Positions 34,835-44,288 of a stretch of DNA of 64,000 nucleotides are shown in pieces. The notes below the pieces were generated by a model. It did no database searches. It was not told where the DNA came from and was given only the letters and a program-made list of their open reading frames with translations. Position numbers and translations under genes: made by a program. The stretch spans positions 660 through 64,659 of IMG/VR virus record IMGVR_UViG_3300020191_000010. One strand, written 5' to 3'. Every line of letters begins with the position of its first letter. The stretch's first letter is position 1. Source of the DNA: a virus. Its lineage: Duplodnaviria > Caudoviricetes.

Positions 34835-37051
34835 ATGGCAACAGCAGCTGTTGACACAAGAAGGTTTTTGTCCGAAACAAAATTTTACGAAGGCTACTCC
34901 CGGTATATTGAAGATGAAGCTAGATATGAAACTTGGGATGAAGCAGTAGATCGTGTTATTGAAATGCACGAAAAAAACTATATTACAAAGAATAATGAAT
35001 TAAAAGAATATTTCGAAGAAGCAAGACAAGCTTATAAAGAACAAAGAGTTCTCGGTGCTCAGCGCGCTTTGCAATTTGGTGGTGATCAGTTAATGAAACA
35101 CCAAATGCGCATGTATAATTGTACCTCATCATATGCAGATAGACCAGATTTTTTTGGTGAACTGTTTTATATTCTTCTTTGCGGTGCAGGTGCAGGCTTT
35201 TCTGTACAGAAACATCATATTAAAAAATTACCAAAATTACAAGCCCGTACTAAACAGGCTAAAGGTTATATTGTAGAAGACTCTATTGAAGGTTGGGCAT
35301 CAGCACTAGATGTACTAATGTCTTCTTATTTTGTTGGTGGGGGTAAACATCCCGATTACGAAGGACGTAGAGTATTCTTTGATCTTACAAATATTAGACC
35401 AAAGGGAGCTAAAATTTCTGGTGGCTTTAAAGCACCAGGACCAGAAGGTCTACGTCGTTCACTCGACAAAATCGAACATTTACTTCAAGGTATTGTACTA
35501 GACTCCAAAGAACCTATTGCGATTAAACCTATCAATGTATATGATATTGCTATGCATGCAGCAGATGCAGTATTATCAGGTGGGGTTCGTCGTTCAGCAA
35601 CTATCTGTCTTTTTTCACCAGATGATGATGAAATGATGACAGCAAAGACTGGCAATTGGTTTATGGATAATCCACAAAGAGGCAGATCAAACAATTCTGC
35701 TGTTATTGTTAGAGATAAAACTACACCAGAACAGTTTGGCAAGATTATGGAATCTGTTAAACAGTTTGGTGAACCAGGATTTGTTTTCGTTGAATCAACA
35801 GAGCATACAACTAATCCCTGTGTAGAGATTGGTATGTTCCCACAGATTGGTAGAAAATCTGGCTGGCAAGGATGTAACTTGACAGAGATTAACGGAGGCA
35901 TGTGCAATACCGAGGAAGACTTTTATAAGGCATGCCGTGCAGCGTCTATCCTCGGTACCCTACAAGCTGGGTACACTGACTTTAGGTTCTTATCAGATAC
36001 ATCAAAGAAAATCTTTGATAGAGAAGCGCTATTAGGTGTATCAGTTACAGGTTGGATGAACAATCCGGATATCCTGTTTAACGAAAAAATTCTAGAAAAG
36101 GGAGCTAAGATTGTTAGAGAAACAAATAAAAAAGTTTCTGCACTTATCGGCATTAATCCTGCTGCTAGGACTACTTGTGTTAAGCCCAGTGGCAATGCTT
36201 CCGTATTACTTCAAACTGCTTCCGGTATTCATGCTGAACATTCCCCTATGTATATAAGAAATGTTCAGCTAAATAAAGAATCTGAGATTACACAAGCCAT
36301 TATTAAATCTAATCCTTATATGGTTGAAGAATCAGTATGGTCTGCATCAGGTACTGACGTCGTAGTTTCGTTTCCTATTTTACCAAACGAAGGATCAATT
36401 TATAAAGATGATCTAATTGGTGTTAAGCATTTGGAATTAGTTAAGAAAGCCCAAAAGCATTGGGTAGATGCTGGAACAAATGAAGATCTTTGTGCAGATA
36501 AAGGCGTACGTCATAATGTTTCAAATACTATCCTTGTCGACGATTGGGATGAAGTAGAAAAATATGTATTTGAAAATAGACATTCATTTGCTGGTATTTC
36601 TTTCCTTTCTATGATGGGAGATAAAGATTTTAATCAGGCACCAAATACTGCTGTTATTACTGCAAAGGAAATGGTAAAGAAATATGATGCTGCTTCAATC
36701 TTTGCATCAGGTCTTGTTGTAGATGCGCTAAAAGTATTCTCTAATCTATGGGATGCTTGTTCAACAGCACAAGGCTATGGATTAGATATTACCTTAGAAT
36801 CTTCTGAAAATGCAGCAAGACAAGATTGGGTACGACGTTTTAATAACTTTGCAGATAATTACTTAAAAGGTGATATTAAAAAGGCAGAGTATTGTCTTAA
36901 GGATGCTTATCTACTTCATAAATGGAATAAGATCCAAACTAATCTTAAAACCATTAATTGGATGGAAGATCTCACTGAAAAGAAATATACTGATGTTGAT
37001 ACATTAGGAGCAGCAGCTTGTGCTGGCGGTGCCTGTGAAATCGATTTCTAG
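34835..37051 (+). CDS. nrdJ: Class II (B12-dependent, RTPR-type) ribonucleotide reductase
   Basis: 'YNCT', 'GAGFS', 'GGVRRSA', 'NPCVEI', 'CNLTE', 'TCVKPSG', C-terminal 'CAGGAC'; no beta-subunit gene adjacent. Confidence 0.92.
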   Translation: MATAAVDTRRFLSETKFYEGYSRYIEDEARYETWDEAVDRVIEMHEKNYITKNNELKEYFEEARQAYKEQRVLGAQRALQFGGDQLMKHQMRMYNCTSSYADRPDFFGELFYILLCGAGAGFSVQKHHIKKLPKLQARTKQAKGYIVEDSIEGWASALDVLMSSYFVGGGKHPDYEGRRVFFDLTNIRPKGAKISGGFKAPGPEGLRRSLDKIEHLLQGIVLDSKEPIAIKPINVYDIAMHAADAVLSGGVRRSATICLFSPDDDEMMTAKTGNWFMDNPQRGRSNNSAVIVRDKTTPEQFGKIMESVKQFGEPGFVFVESTEHTTNPCVEIGMFPQIGRKSGWQGCNLTEINGGMCNTEEDFYKACRAASILGTLQAGYTDFRFLSDTSKKIFDREALLGVSVTGWMNNPDILFNEKILEKGAKIVRETNKKVSALIGINPAARTTCVKPSGNASVLLQTASGIHAEHSPMYIRNVQLNKESEITQAIIKSNPYMVEESVWSASGTDVVVSFPILPNEGSIYKDDLIGVKHLELVKKAQKHWVDAGTNEDLCADKGVRHNVSNTILVDDWDEVEKYVFENRHSFAGISFLSMMGDKDFNQAPNTAVITAKEMVKKYDAASIFASGLVVDALKVFSNLWDACSTAQGYGLDITLESSENAARQDWVRRFNNFADNYLKGDIKKAEYCLKDAYLLHKWNKIQTNLKTINWMEDLTEKKYTDVDTLGAAACAGGACEIDF

Positions 37052-37190
37052 TCCATGTATTAAAATTTGTACTTTGATAGATAGTATCTGTATAGGATGC
37101 GGTAGATCCTCTGAAGAGATTCGGGAATGGTTTACCGCATCTAATACTAGAAAAAAAGAGATATTGGAGAAGATTGCCAGTGGAAAATGA
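37035..37190 (+). CDS. DUF1289-like small Cys protein (not in the ORF track)
   Basis: GTG start; 'SPCIKIC......CIGCGRS.EEI.EW'. Confidence 0.75.
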   Translation: MKSISSPCIKICTLIDSICIGCGRSSEEIREWFTASNTRKKEILEKIASGK

Positions 37191-37323
37191 GTACAGAATA
37201 GAATGTGAAGAGTGTGATAATATTACTATAGTTTTAGTAGAATCTGATGATGTCCCGGAATTTTGCGCGATTTGTGGAAGAAGGGCAGAGGTAGAGGATA
37301 TATCTAATGAAGATTTTAATTAA
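37180..37323 (+). CDS. Small zinc-ribbon protein (not in the ORF track)
   Basis: GTG start; 'CEEC...PEFCAICG'. Confidence 0.65.
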   Translation: MENEYRIECEECDNITIVLVESDDVPEFCAICGRRAEVEDISNEDFN

Positions 37324-37436
37324 ATTATTTCAAAAATATTTAAATAAAAAAGAAAAAGTGCCAGGTTATCTAGGTAGAGATTTATCTAAACATAGGGTTT
37401 ATACTACAAGATACGAAGATCTGTGTAAATAACTAT

Positions 37437-37841
37437 ATGTGGTATTATAATGATAAACCTTTCGACGACACACCAGAAGAGTACCAGGGATTTGTGTATC
37501 TTATCACAGAACTGGATACAAATAAAAAATATATCGGTAAGAAGAACTTCTGGCGGCCTAAAATATTACCAAAAAATAGTAAAAGAACTAGACGGATCAA
37601 AACCAGAGTTGAATCTGACTGGCGAAAATATTATGGATCTAATAAGAAATTTCAATTACTACTTGAACAAAAAGGGCCAGATAATTACAAAAGAGAAATC
37701 TTAAGACTCTGTGTAAGTAAAGGCGAAATGTCTTATTACGAAGCTAAGTTACAATTCCAAAACGATGTGCTTTTAACCGACGATTACTTTAATGAGTTTA
37801 TCGGCTGTAAAATACATTCGAACCATGTAAGAAAAACGTAG
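37437..37841 (+). CDS. GIY-YIG endonuclease (endonuclease II/DenA-like)
   Basis: 'GFVYLIT', 'KKYIGKK', 'ESDWRKYYGS', 'REIL'. Confidence 0.85.
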   Translation: MWYYNDKPFDDTPEEYQGFVYLITELDTNKKYIGKKNFWRPKILPKNSKRTRRIKTRVESDWRKYYGSNKKFQLLLEQKGPDNYKREILRLCVSKGEMSYYEAKLQFQNDVLLTDDYFNEFIGCKIHSNHVRKT

Positions 37842-37874
37842 TTGGGTATTCTATCCCCTGCGTAACCATAGCTT

Positions 37875-37907
37875 ATTATACCGAATTTTACTCTGTTTGT
37901 AAACCCC
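37875..37907 (-). promoter_or_regulatory. Leftward early-type promoter with no obvious downstream gene
   Basis: Reverse complement reads GGGG-TTTACA-N17-TATAAT. Confidence 0.7.
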
Positions 37908-37933
37908 ATTTTTTTCCATATGAAATAGAATTA

Positions 37934-37989
37934 GTGGGTTTACATCCATGGCTAACTATGGTATAATACTCTAACAATTAGGAAAAGGA
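37934..37989 (+). promoter_or_regulatory. Early promoter cassette
   Basis: TTTACA (37939), N17, TATAAT (37962), then AACAATTAGGAAAAGGA. Confidence 0.85.
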
Positions 37990-37995
37990 TATATT

Positions 37996-38220
37996 ATGAC
38001 TTACACTGTACAACTGGATATCGACGGCGAATATCCTCCTGCCGAACTACTAAAGACATGCCAACGATTCGAAGTTTCGGTTAAGCTGATATCTAATTTT
38101 GGTCCAGGTGGTGGAAATCCAGTCTATCGGTTTTATGCAAATGATAAATCAGAATTAATCAAAATGTTAGCAAAATTCGATATGTCTGAATATGAATCAA
38201 ATATTAAATTTAATCTGTAG
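37996..38220 (+). CDS. Hypothetical early protein
   Basis: Follows the cassette; 'GPGGGNP' motif. Confidence 0.75.
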   Translation: MTYTVQLDIDGEYPPAELLKTCQRFEVSVKLISNFGPGGGNPVYRFYANDKSELIKMLAKFDMSEYESNIKFNL

Positions 38221-38228
38221 GTGATATT

Positions 38229-39080
38229 ATGATTATAGTCGACTTTAGTGGTATATGCTTAGCATCTATCCTTATACATAAAACCTTAGATGAAGCTATG
38301 GTACGTCATATGACTCTGAATTCTTTGCGTATGTACAATAAGAAATTTAGGGATCAATATGGTGAAGTAATTCTCGCGTGCGATGGCGCGAACAATTGGC
38401 GGCGTTCATACTTTCCTCAGTACAAAGGTAACCGTAGAAAAGATCGCGAAAAATCTACATTCGATTGGAATGAAGCTTTCCGTATTATGCATACCATTAA
38501 AGACGAAATACGTGAAAACTTCCCCTACAAAGTTATTCATCTAGAAGGTTGTGAAGCAGATGATATTATTGGTACACTTGTAGAACGTACACAAGAATTT
38601 GGCAATTATGAAGATGTAATGATTGTATCATCGGATGGCGATTTCAAACAGCTTCAGAAATATAAAAATGTAAAACAATGGTCACCACTCTTAAAGAAAC
38701 AAGTTGTAGATGATAATCCTCGTGTTAACCTAAAAGAGAAAATACTAAGAGGTGATACTGGAGATGGCATACCGAATGTACTATCAGATGATGATGTACT
38801 GGTTGAAGGACGTAGGCAAACACCTCTTTCGAAAAAGAAAATGCAATCTATAATAGAAGATTTATCTGAAGGTGAATTACTTTATGCAGCATCTTGGTAT
38901 CGTAACTATCAGCGTAATGAAACTCTAATTGATCTTACTAAGACACCAGAAAATCTAAAAACACTAATTATAGATAATTATGAACAACAAGATCCAGTAG
39001 AAAATAAAGCTAAAGTATTTCCATATCTTGTTGCAAAAAGAATGAATAGACTAATTGAAAGTGTACAGGAGTTTGTTTAA
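38229..39080 (+). CDS. rnh: T4-type RNase H (5'-3' exonuclease)
   Basis: 'WRR.YFP.YK..R', 'EADDIIG', 'SSDGDF.QL', 'GD.GDGIPNVLS'. Confidence 0.95.
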   Translation: MIIVDFSGICLASILIHKTLDEAMVRHMTLNSLRMYNKKFRDQYGEVILACDGANNWRRSYFPQYKGNRRKDREKSTFDWNEAFRIMHTIKDEIRENFPYKVIHLEGCEADDIIGTLVERTQEFGNYEDVMIVSSDGDFKQLQKYKNVKQWSPLLKKQVVDDNPRVNLKEKILRGDTGDGIPNVLSDDDVLVEGRRQTPLSKKKMQSIIEDLSEGELLYAASWYRNYQRNETLIDLTKTPENLKTLIIDNYEQQDPVENKAKVFPYLVAKRMNRLIESVQEFV

Positions 39081-39496
39081 TGAAACAATATGTATTCGAG
39101 GTATTAGAAGAAGTACAAAAAGCCTCAAAGAAAGAAGATAAGATTAAGATCTTAAAAGAAAATGAAACATGGGCATTAAAAGATATTATCCGTGGTTCAA
39201 TGGATAAAAATGTAGTATGGAATCTTCCACCAGGATCACCACCATATACTGCATCAGAAGAGCACAATCATCCTAGTAACCTAATTGGACAGAATAAGCA
39301 GTTTAAATATTTTGTTAAAGGTGGTCCGGGTGATAAGCTACCAGCATTTAAACGTGAAACTATTTTTATTAGCGTTATCGAAAGTGTACATCCTAAAGAT
39401 GCACAGCTTGTAATCGATATGGTGAATAAAGAAAAACCAGCTGGTATTACTAAAGCTTTGGTAAAAGAAACTTTTCCGGGTTTACTTCAAGACTAA
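39080..39496 (+). CDS. Conserved T4-like hypothetical protein
   Basis: 'LP.G.PPY', 'KRE..FI...E.VHP.DA'. Confidence 0.8.
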   Translation: MKQYVFEVLEEVQKASKKEDKIKILKENETWALKDIIRGSMDKNVVWNLPPGSPPYTASEEHNHPSNLIGQNKQFKYFVKGGPGDKLPAFKRETIFISVIESVHPKDAQLVIDMVNKEKPAGITKALVKETFPGLLQD

Positions 39497-39509
39497 TATA
39501 CGGTATAAT
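39481..39509 (+). promoter_or_regulatory. Sigma70-type promoter
   Basis: GGG-TTTACT-N17-TATAAT. Confidence 0.65.
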
Positions 39510-39518
39510 GAGGGTATT

Positions 39519-40103
39519 ATGAACATATTTGTATTAGATAAAGATCCAGTAGTTGCTGCACAAATGCAGTGTGACAAGCATGTAGTCAAAATGATTACAG
39601 AATCAGCTCAGATGCTATCGACAGTACATCGATTGCTAGATGGTAAGATGCGACTTAAACCATCTAAATCTGGTAAACGTATGATTAAATATTATGATCT
39701 ATATGATGGTGCCGATGACCTTGAAATGGAATTAATACTTATGTGTAATGTTCATGAACGTCATCCGTGCACTGTATGGACAATGGAATCTAGTGATAAC
39801 TATGACTGGCACTGGGAACATCTATATGCTCTTTGCAAGGAATATACATACAGATATGATAAGATTCATAAATGCGAACGTGTACACCTATGGCCTCTAA
39901 AAAACCATCCACGCAATATTCCGCAAGGTCCTATGACAGAATTTAAACTTGCTATGAATTCTAATCCAGAATGTATTGCACTAGGTGATCCTGTAAAAGC
40001 CTATCAGGCATTCTACCAAACTAAACAGGAACGGTTTAAAATGGCTTGGACAAAACGTCCAGTACCGGATTGGTTTAATATTATGGAGAATGCTTATGCT
40101 TGA
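39519..40103 (+). CDS. Pyrimidine-dimer DNA glycosylase-like protein
   Basis: 'MNIFVLD.DP..AA...CDKHVVKM..ESAQMLST', 'HPCT.W', 'EYT.RY.K.H'. Confidence 0.75.
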   Translation: MNIFVLDKDPVVAAQMQCDKHVVKMITESAQMLSTVHRLLDGKMRLKPSKSGKRMIKYYDLYDGADDLEMELILMCNVHERHPCTVWTMESSDNYDWHWEHLYALCKEYTYRYDKIHKCERVHLWPLKNHPRNIPQGPMTEFKLAMNSNPECIALGDPVKAYQAFYQTKQERFKMAWTKRPVPDWFNIMENAYA

Positions 40104-40278
40104 TTTAGATAAAATGGAATATCTTATTACTGAATTGCAAACTGAAAAATCTAAGATTAGTCCTAATATGGTTCAAAGACTAGATTATCCTTATAATGTG
40201 GAGGAAGCTGTCAAGTATTTAGAGACCCAGATAAAATATGTAAAGGAAAAGATCAGTGCCAACCTATACACTGCGTAG
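40090..40278 (+). CDS. Hypothetical protein
   Basis: Coupled ORF. Confidence 0.55.
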   Translation: MLMLDLDKMEYLITELQTEKSKISPNMVQRLDYPYNVEEAVKYLETQIKYVKEKISANLYTA

Positions 40279-40486
40279 AATTTCTACTGGCGAAGAATGG
40301 GATGTAAATTGCAATTTCCATGAACTAGCACCTATGTTAGAAGATGAGGATATTGTTAAAGTATTAAGTACGCCTAAGATTGTAACAGGTGTTGGTACAC
40401 TTCATAGCAAAGTACCTGATGGATTTAAAGATAAAATGAAACAAATTAAAAAAACATCCGGAAGTGGGAATACAATTAAAGTATGA
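40256..40486 (+). CDS. FmdB-like small protein
   Basis: 'MPTYT', 'TGE', 'DGFKD....IK'. Confidence 0.65.
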   Translation: MPTYTLRRISTGEEWDVNCNFHELAPMLEDEDIVKVLSTPKIVTGVGTLHSKVPDGFKDKMKQIKKTSGSGNTIKV

Positions 40487-41154
40487 GGTTTATACATGAA
40501 AAAATTGATTTGGGATATGATGATCTCGTTGCAGACACAAAGCCAACTGGCAGGACTTACCTTGCTCCTAACGGTAATCGTTATCCTAGCATTACTACAG
40601 TCTTAAGCATTATTAATGAAGAAGCCATTTTACAATGGCGAAAAAGGGTAGGGGAAGATGAGGCCAATCGTATTGGCACACGTGCAGCAAACAGAGGTAC
40701 ACATGTACACTCTATTATTGAAAGGTATTTAAAGAATGAAAATACTGAAGACTTTCTCCTCCACATTAGACAAAGCCTCGAGAACCTACGTCCTATTCTG
40801 GACGAGCGGATTGGAAAAATCTATGGTCTTGAGGTACCTCTTTATAGTGATCACCTTGGCGTTGCTGGTCGATGCGATGCTATTGCTGATTTCGATGGGG
40901 TACCTTCTATTGTAGATTTTAAGACTTCGAAGTGGCCTAAGAAAAAAGAAAAGATCCCAAACTACTTTGCACAAATGTCAGGCTATGCCATTATGTTTGA
41001 AGAACGTACTGGCATGCCTATTACTAATACAGTTATTATTATGGATGTTGATAACCATGAGCCAATGGTCTTCAAAGAGCATCGTGATAATTATGTAGAT
41101 CTTTTACTTAAAACAAAGGCTGAATATGACCGCCGAAAGATCTTTCGTTCTTAA
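40483..41154 (+). CDS. PD-(D/E)xK exonuclease (Cas4/RecB-like phage exonuclease)
   Basis: 'YPSITTVL', 'RGT.VH...E', 'AGRCD', 'IVDFKTS', 'Q...YA.MFEE.TG'. Confidence 0.9.
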   Translation: MRFIHEKIDLGYDDLVADTKPTGRTYLAPNGNRYPSITTVLSIINEEAILQWRKRVGEDEANRIGTRAANRGTHVHSIIERYLKNENTEDFLLHIRQSLENLRPILDERIGKIYGLEVPLYSDHLGVAGRCDAIADFDGVPSIVDFKTSKWPKKKEKIPNYFAQMSGYAIMFEERTGMPITNTVIIMDVDNHEPMVFKEHRDNYVDLLLKTKAEYDRRKIFRS

Positions 41155-41998
41155 AGGGTTTTGTCCATACGATATTTTAGCATTGTATGACGAATTTGGA
41201 TTAGATGTCGGTAAACATCTAAGAGGTGATTTCTGTATTGAAATTAAAGATGGTAATAAAATTATTTACATTACAGACTTTGCCGGTACTAAATGTGCTG
41301 GTAAATTACCAAGAAATTCTACAATAGTTGTAGAAGACAACCAAATTATTAGTAGAACTGATAATATTAGTATAACAGATCTGTACTATAATCCACCTCA
41401 GGGAAAAGAAAAACAATATTCTTATAAAAACTTTTTTATAGCATTAGATAATGCAATTGCATTTAGATGTAAGGATAATCCTACAATCTTTCTTAGTTGT
41501 GGTCATGACAGCGGTTCCATTGTTACAGGGGCTATCCGTCAGGATTTAGATTTTAGGACCTTAAGCTATGTAGAAAGTGAAGATCCTGAAATATTAGACA
41601 AAAGATTAAAGTTAAATCGTGAATATAAATGTTGGAAAGAATCTGATACTATACCCAAGACATTGGTAAAGCCTAATTTGCCTGATAATGAAAGCCACTC
41701 TGTATTAGCATCATTTTGTAAAAATAGGGTAGCTTTATCTGGATTAGGTGCAGATGAATTTTATACTTCTACTGATAATCAACTTTTGGAAATGTTCTTA
41801 AAAGATTCTGAAGAACAATATCAAAAATATAAAGTAGAAGTTAGATATCCACTATTAGATCCGATAGTTTACAAGGAGTATTTCTATTTGCATTCTAAAC
41901 TTAGACCTAATAATCCTAAAAAGAAACCATTTATAGAATATATGAAATCCATTGGATATCCTATCTACAGGGGGTACAAAAAATCATTTGTGGTATAA
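41126..41998 (+). CDS. Degenerate asparagine-synthetase-like protein
   Basis: 'LSCGHDSG', 'LSGLGADEFY', 'VRYPLLD'; lacks the Ntn Cys. Confidence 0.65.
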   Translation: MTAERSFVLKGFCPYDILALYDEFGLDVGKHLRGDFCIEIKDGNKIIYITDFAGTKCAGKLPRNSTIVVEDNQIISRTDNISITDLYYNPPQGKEKQYSYKNFFIALDNAIAFRCKDNPTIFLSCGHDSGSIVTGAIRQDLDFRTLSYVESEDPEILDKRLKLNREYKCWKESDTIPKTLVKPNLPDNESHSVLASFCKNRVALSGLGADEFYTSTDNQLLEMFLKDSEEQYQKYKVEVRYPLLDPIVYKEYFYLHSKLRPNNPKKKPFIEYMKSIGYPIYRGYKKSFVV

Positions 41999-42020
41999 AA
42001 AAAATCAAATAAAATGAAAA

Positions 42021-42080
42021 AAGGGGGTTTACATTCTAGTAAAACTGCGATATAATAATATCAACAATTAGGAAGAGGAG
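42021..42080 (+). promoter_or_regulatory. Early promoter cassette
   Basis: AGGGGG-TTTACA (42028), N17, TATAAT (42051), then AACAATTAGGAAGAGGAG. Confidence 0.88.
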
Positions 42081-42087
42081 CTTAATT

Positions 42088-42402
42088 ATGAAATATCAGG
42101 TTTTACAAAACAAGGGTCAAAAAGATTCAAACGAAGCTTTCTACGCTCGGTTATACGGATATGTTGATCCTACACTGTTTCTAGAAAATTATCAGATCGT
42201 ATGTGAAATCGAAGCAGACGATTTAGATGATGTATTCGAGATTGGTAATATTGGTCCTGAAGAAAAAATTACCCGTATCGATCGCATGTATTCCATTTCA
42301 GTTGGCGATGTTATTCGTACACCAGAAGGAATATATTCCGTAGTCGAGCCAATGGGCTTTGGACGTCTAGGTGAACAAACACTAATTAATGAGGCAGTAT
42401 AA
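42088..42402 (+). CDS. YodL-like protein
   Basis: 'LDDVFEIGN', 'SISVGDVI', 'V.P.GF'. Confidence 0.65.
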   Translation: MKYQVLQNKGQKDSNEAFYARLYGYVDPTLFLENYQIVCEIEADDLDDVFEIGNIGPEEKITRIDRMYSISVGDVIRTPEGIYSVVEPMGFGRLGEQTLINEAV

Positions 42403-42914
42403 TGACAGTATATCTTGACATGGATGGAGTAATCGCAGACTTCTTTGGCGGTATAGCTAAAAAGTTTAAAGTCGATCATTGGAAATCAATTCAGGATCGC
42501 GAAGTTGCTTTTGCTACCCTTGCCAATACTGATTTCTTTTATACACTCGATACCTTCAATGAAACAAATTCAATTATCAAGTTTGTTAAAAAGATCTCCA
42601 AAGATGACTGGGGTATCTGTTCTTCACCTCTTAGGGGTGATACGATGAATTCTGCTTATTGGAAAAGACAATGGCTTACTCGTTGGGATTATCTTCCACC
42701 ACTAGTGGAAAATATAATCTTTACTGGGAATAAACATAAGTATGCTATTAATCCTTTAAATAGAAAACCAAACATCCTCATCGATGATAAACCTGAAAAT
42801 ATTACTCGTTGGGAAAAAGCTGGAGGTATTGGTATTCGCTTCCAAGCAAATGAAGATGATGTTGAAGAATACCTATTCGTAGAACTGGAGAAAGCGATTG
42901 AAAAATCTAATTGA
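42402..42914 (+). CDS. HAD 5'(3')-deoxyribonucleotidase-like protein
   Basis: 'YLDMDGVIADF', 'K..W', 'ILIDD...NI..W..AGG.GI'. Confidence 0.88.
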   Translation: MTVYLDMDGVIADFFGGIAKKFKVDHWKSIQDREVAFATLANTDFFYTLDTFNETNSIIKFVKKISKDDWGICSSPLRGDTMNSAYWKRQWLTRWDYLPPLVENIIFTGNKHKYAINPLNRKPNILIDDKPENITRWEKAGGIGIRFQANEDDVEEYLFVELEKAIEKSN

Positions 42915-43149
42915 ATTATTAATGCTTAGAACAGAATTCGAGGAACTTACTGGTGAATATAAGTTTCCGGAAAATGTTAGCGGATCTTGTATAAATACTC
43001 TAAATTGGTTTGTTCAGGATGGGCATAAGTCTAATTCACTTCGTAATGGTTTTGATGATGCAAAAAAAATAGCACAAGAAATCCTTACGGAGTATAAAAA
43101 TGTCAGAGCCGACAAAGGAAGATATCAAAGCCTTACGGAAGACTGTTGA
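42898..43149 (+). CDS. Hypothetical protein
   Basis: TTG start with GGAG RBS. Confidence 0.6.
   Translation: MKNLIELLMLRTEFEELTGEYKFPENVSGSCINTLNWFVQDGHKSNSLRNGFDDAKKIAQEILTEYKNVRADKGRYQSLTEDC
42990..42997 (+). promoter_or_regulatory. T4-type late promoter
   Basis: TATAAATA upstream of the 43100 ORF and the transferase island. Confidence 0.55.
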
Positions 43150-43465
43150 AGGTCTAGATGAAGCTGATACTAATGGTGATGGCCATATCACTGCAGAAGA
43201 GCTTGCAATGCATATGGAGTTTAAACGTAAAGAACTTGAAGATGCTGATGCACAAAGAGATGCTATGAGAAAAATGACTTGGTTCGCATTATTTGGTATG
43301 TTACTCTATCCAGCAATTATTCTTGTTACTACTATCATGGGTCAAGATAAAGCTGCACAATTAATTAGTGATATTGCACCAACTTATTTTGTTTCTATCT
43401 CGGTATTAGTTGCAGCATTCTTTGGTGCTGATGCAGTCAAAGGTAAACCTTCCGCTAAAAAGTAA
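43100..43465 (+). CDS. EF-hand-containing two-TM membrane protein
   Basis: 'DTNGDGHITAEE' and two hydrophobic helices. Confidence 0.75.
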   Translation: MSEPTKEDIKALRKTVEGLDEADTNGDGHITAEELAMHMEFKRKELEDADAQRDAMRKMTWFALFGMLLYPAIILVTTIMGQDKAAQLISDIAPTYFVSISVLVAAFFGADAVKGKPSAKK

Positions 43466-43502
43466 ATATATAATACTAGATAATTAAATAAAGTGAGTAG
43501 TT

Positions 43503-44288
43503 ATGAAAAGATTGATTTATCAGGTTTATGTTGGCAAGCGTTCACATCTTTATGATCATTGTGTAGAGTCTGTATCCCAATACTGTAAACAACACGGTAT
43601 TGATCATGAGGTACAAAAAACCCCTATATTAAGAATTAAACCAGACGTATTTTCTACAAATCGTAGTAGAGAATCGTACGAAAAGCATGGCGGATTTTTA
43701 CCTATCTTTGAAAAAGAGAATGCTTTTACATATTGGCCAAAGTATGATCAGATTGCTATTATTGATGCTGATGTTTGGATTAGACCTGGCTCTCCTAATG
43801 TTTTTGATGAACTAAATACGGATATTGACTTCGCGGGCGTGGTCGAGCGCGAAATGCCTATTACTGATCAGTACAGACAAAAGATACTTAACTATTCTCG
43901 TATGCAATATAGTTCCATTAAACTAGATTGGAAATGGGATAAGCAAACTGGTGGCGAGTTTTTTAATATGGGTATTATGGTTATGAATAAACGTATATCG
44001 AAATATCTAAAAGGACAAACCCCTCACCAATTTATAAACAGACCAGAGTTTAAAGCCTTTGTTGATGGGATGGGACCATGGAAATGGTCAACAGATCAAA
44101 CTCTCCTAAATACCTGGGTAAAACAAGAGAAGATGAATGTTAAACATCTAGATTGGAAATGGAACGGCCTCTTTAAAGGAATTAAAGATAACAAAGTAAA
44201 AGAAGCACACTTTGTACATTTTTTCTTAAAAGATAAATTACCAAATAGAGGCGAGAACGTAAAAGAGTTAATGAAATATGTTTCTTAA
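43503..44288 (+). CDS. GT-A glycosyltransferase (GT8/GT34-like)
   Basis: 'IIDADVWI' (DxD), 'FN.G.MV', 'DQTLLN', 'WN', 'HFVHF'. Confidence 0.85.
   Translation: MKRLIYQVYVGKRSHLYDHCVESVSQYCKQHGIDHEVQKTPILRIKPDVFSTNRSRESYEKHGGFLPIFEKENAFTYWPKYDQIAIIDADVWIRPGSPNVFDELNTDIDFAGVVEREMPITDQYRQKILNYSRMQYSSIKLDWKWDKQTGGEFFNMGIMVMNKRISKYLKGQTPHQFINRPEFKAFVDGMGPWKWSTDQTLLNTWVKQEKMNVKHLDWKWNGLFKGIKDNKVKEAHFVHFFLKDKLPNRGENVKELMKYVS

Noticed and set aside
34835-37841. Intron or intein in nrdJ, with the GIY-YIG gene as a homing endonuclease
   Set aside because: nrdJ is uninterrupted with no intein motifs seen, and the GIY-YIG ORF is a short free-standing type lacking a DNA-binding tail.
40483-41154. Cas4 or a CRISPR system
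   Set aside because: No repeat-spacer array or other cas genes were seen in the window; it fits the common phage exonuclease.
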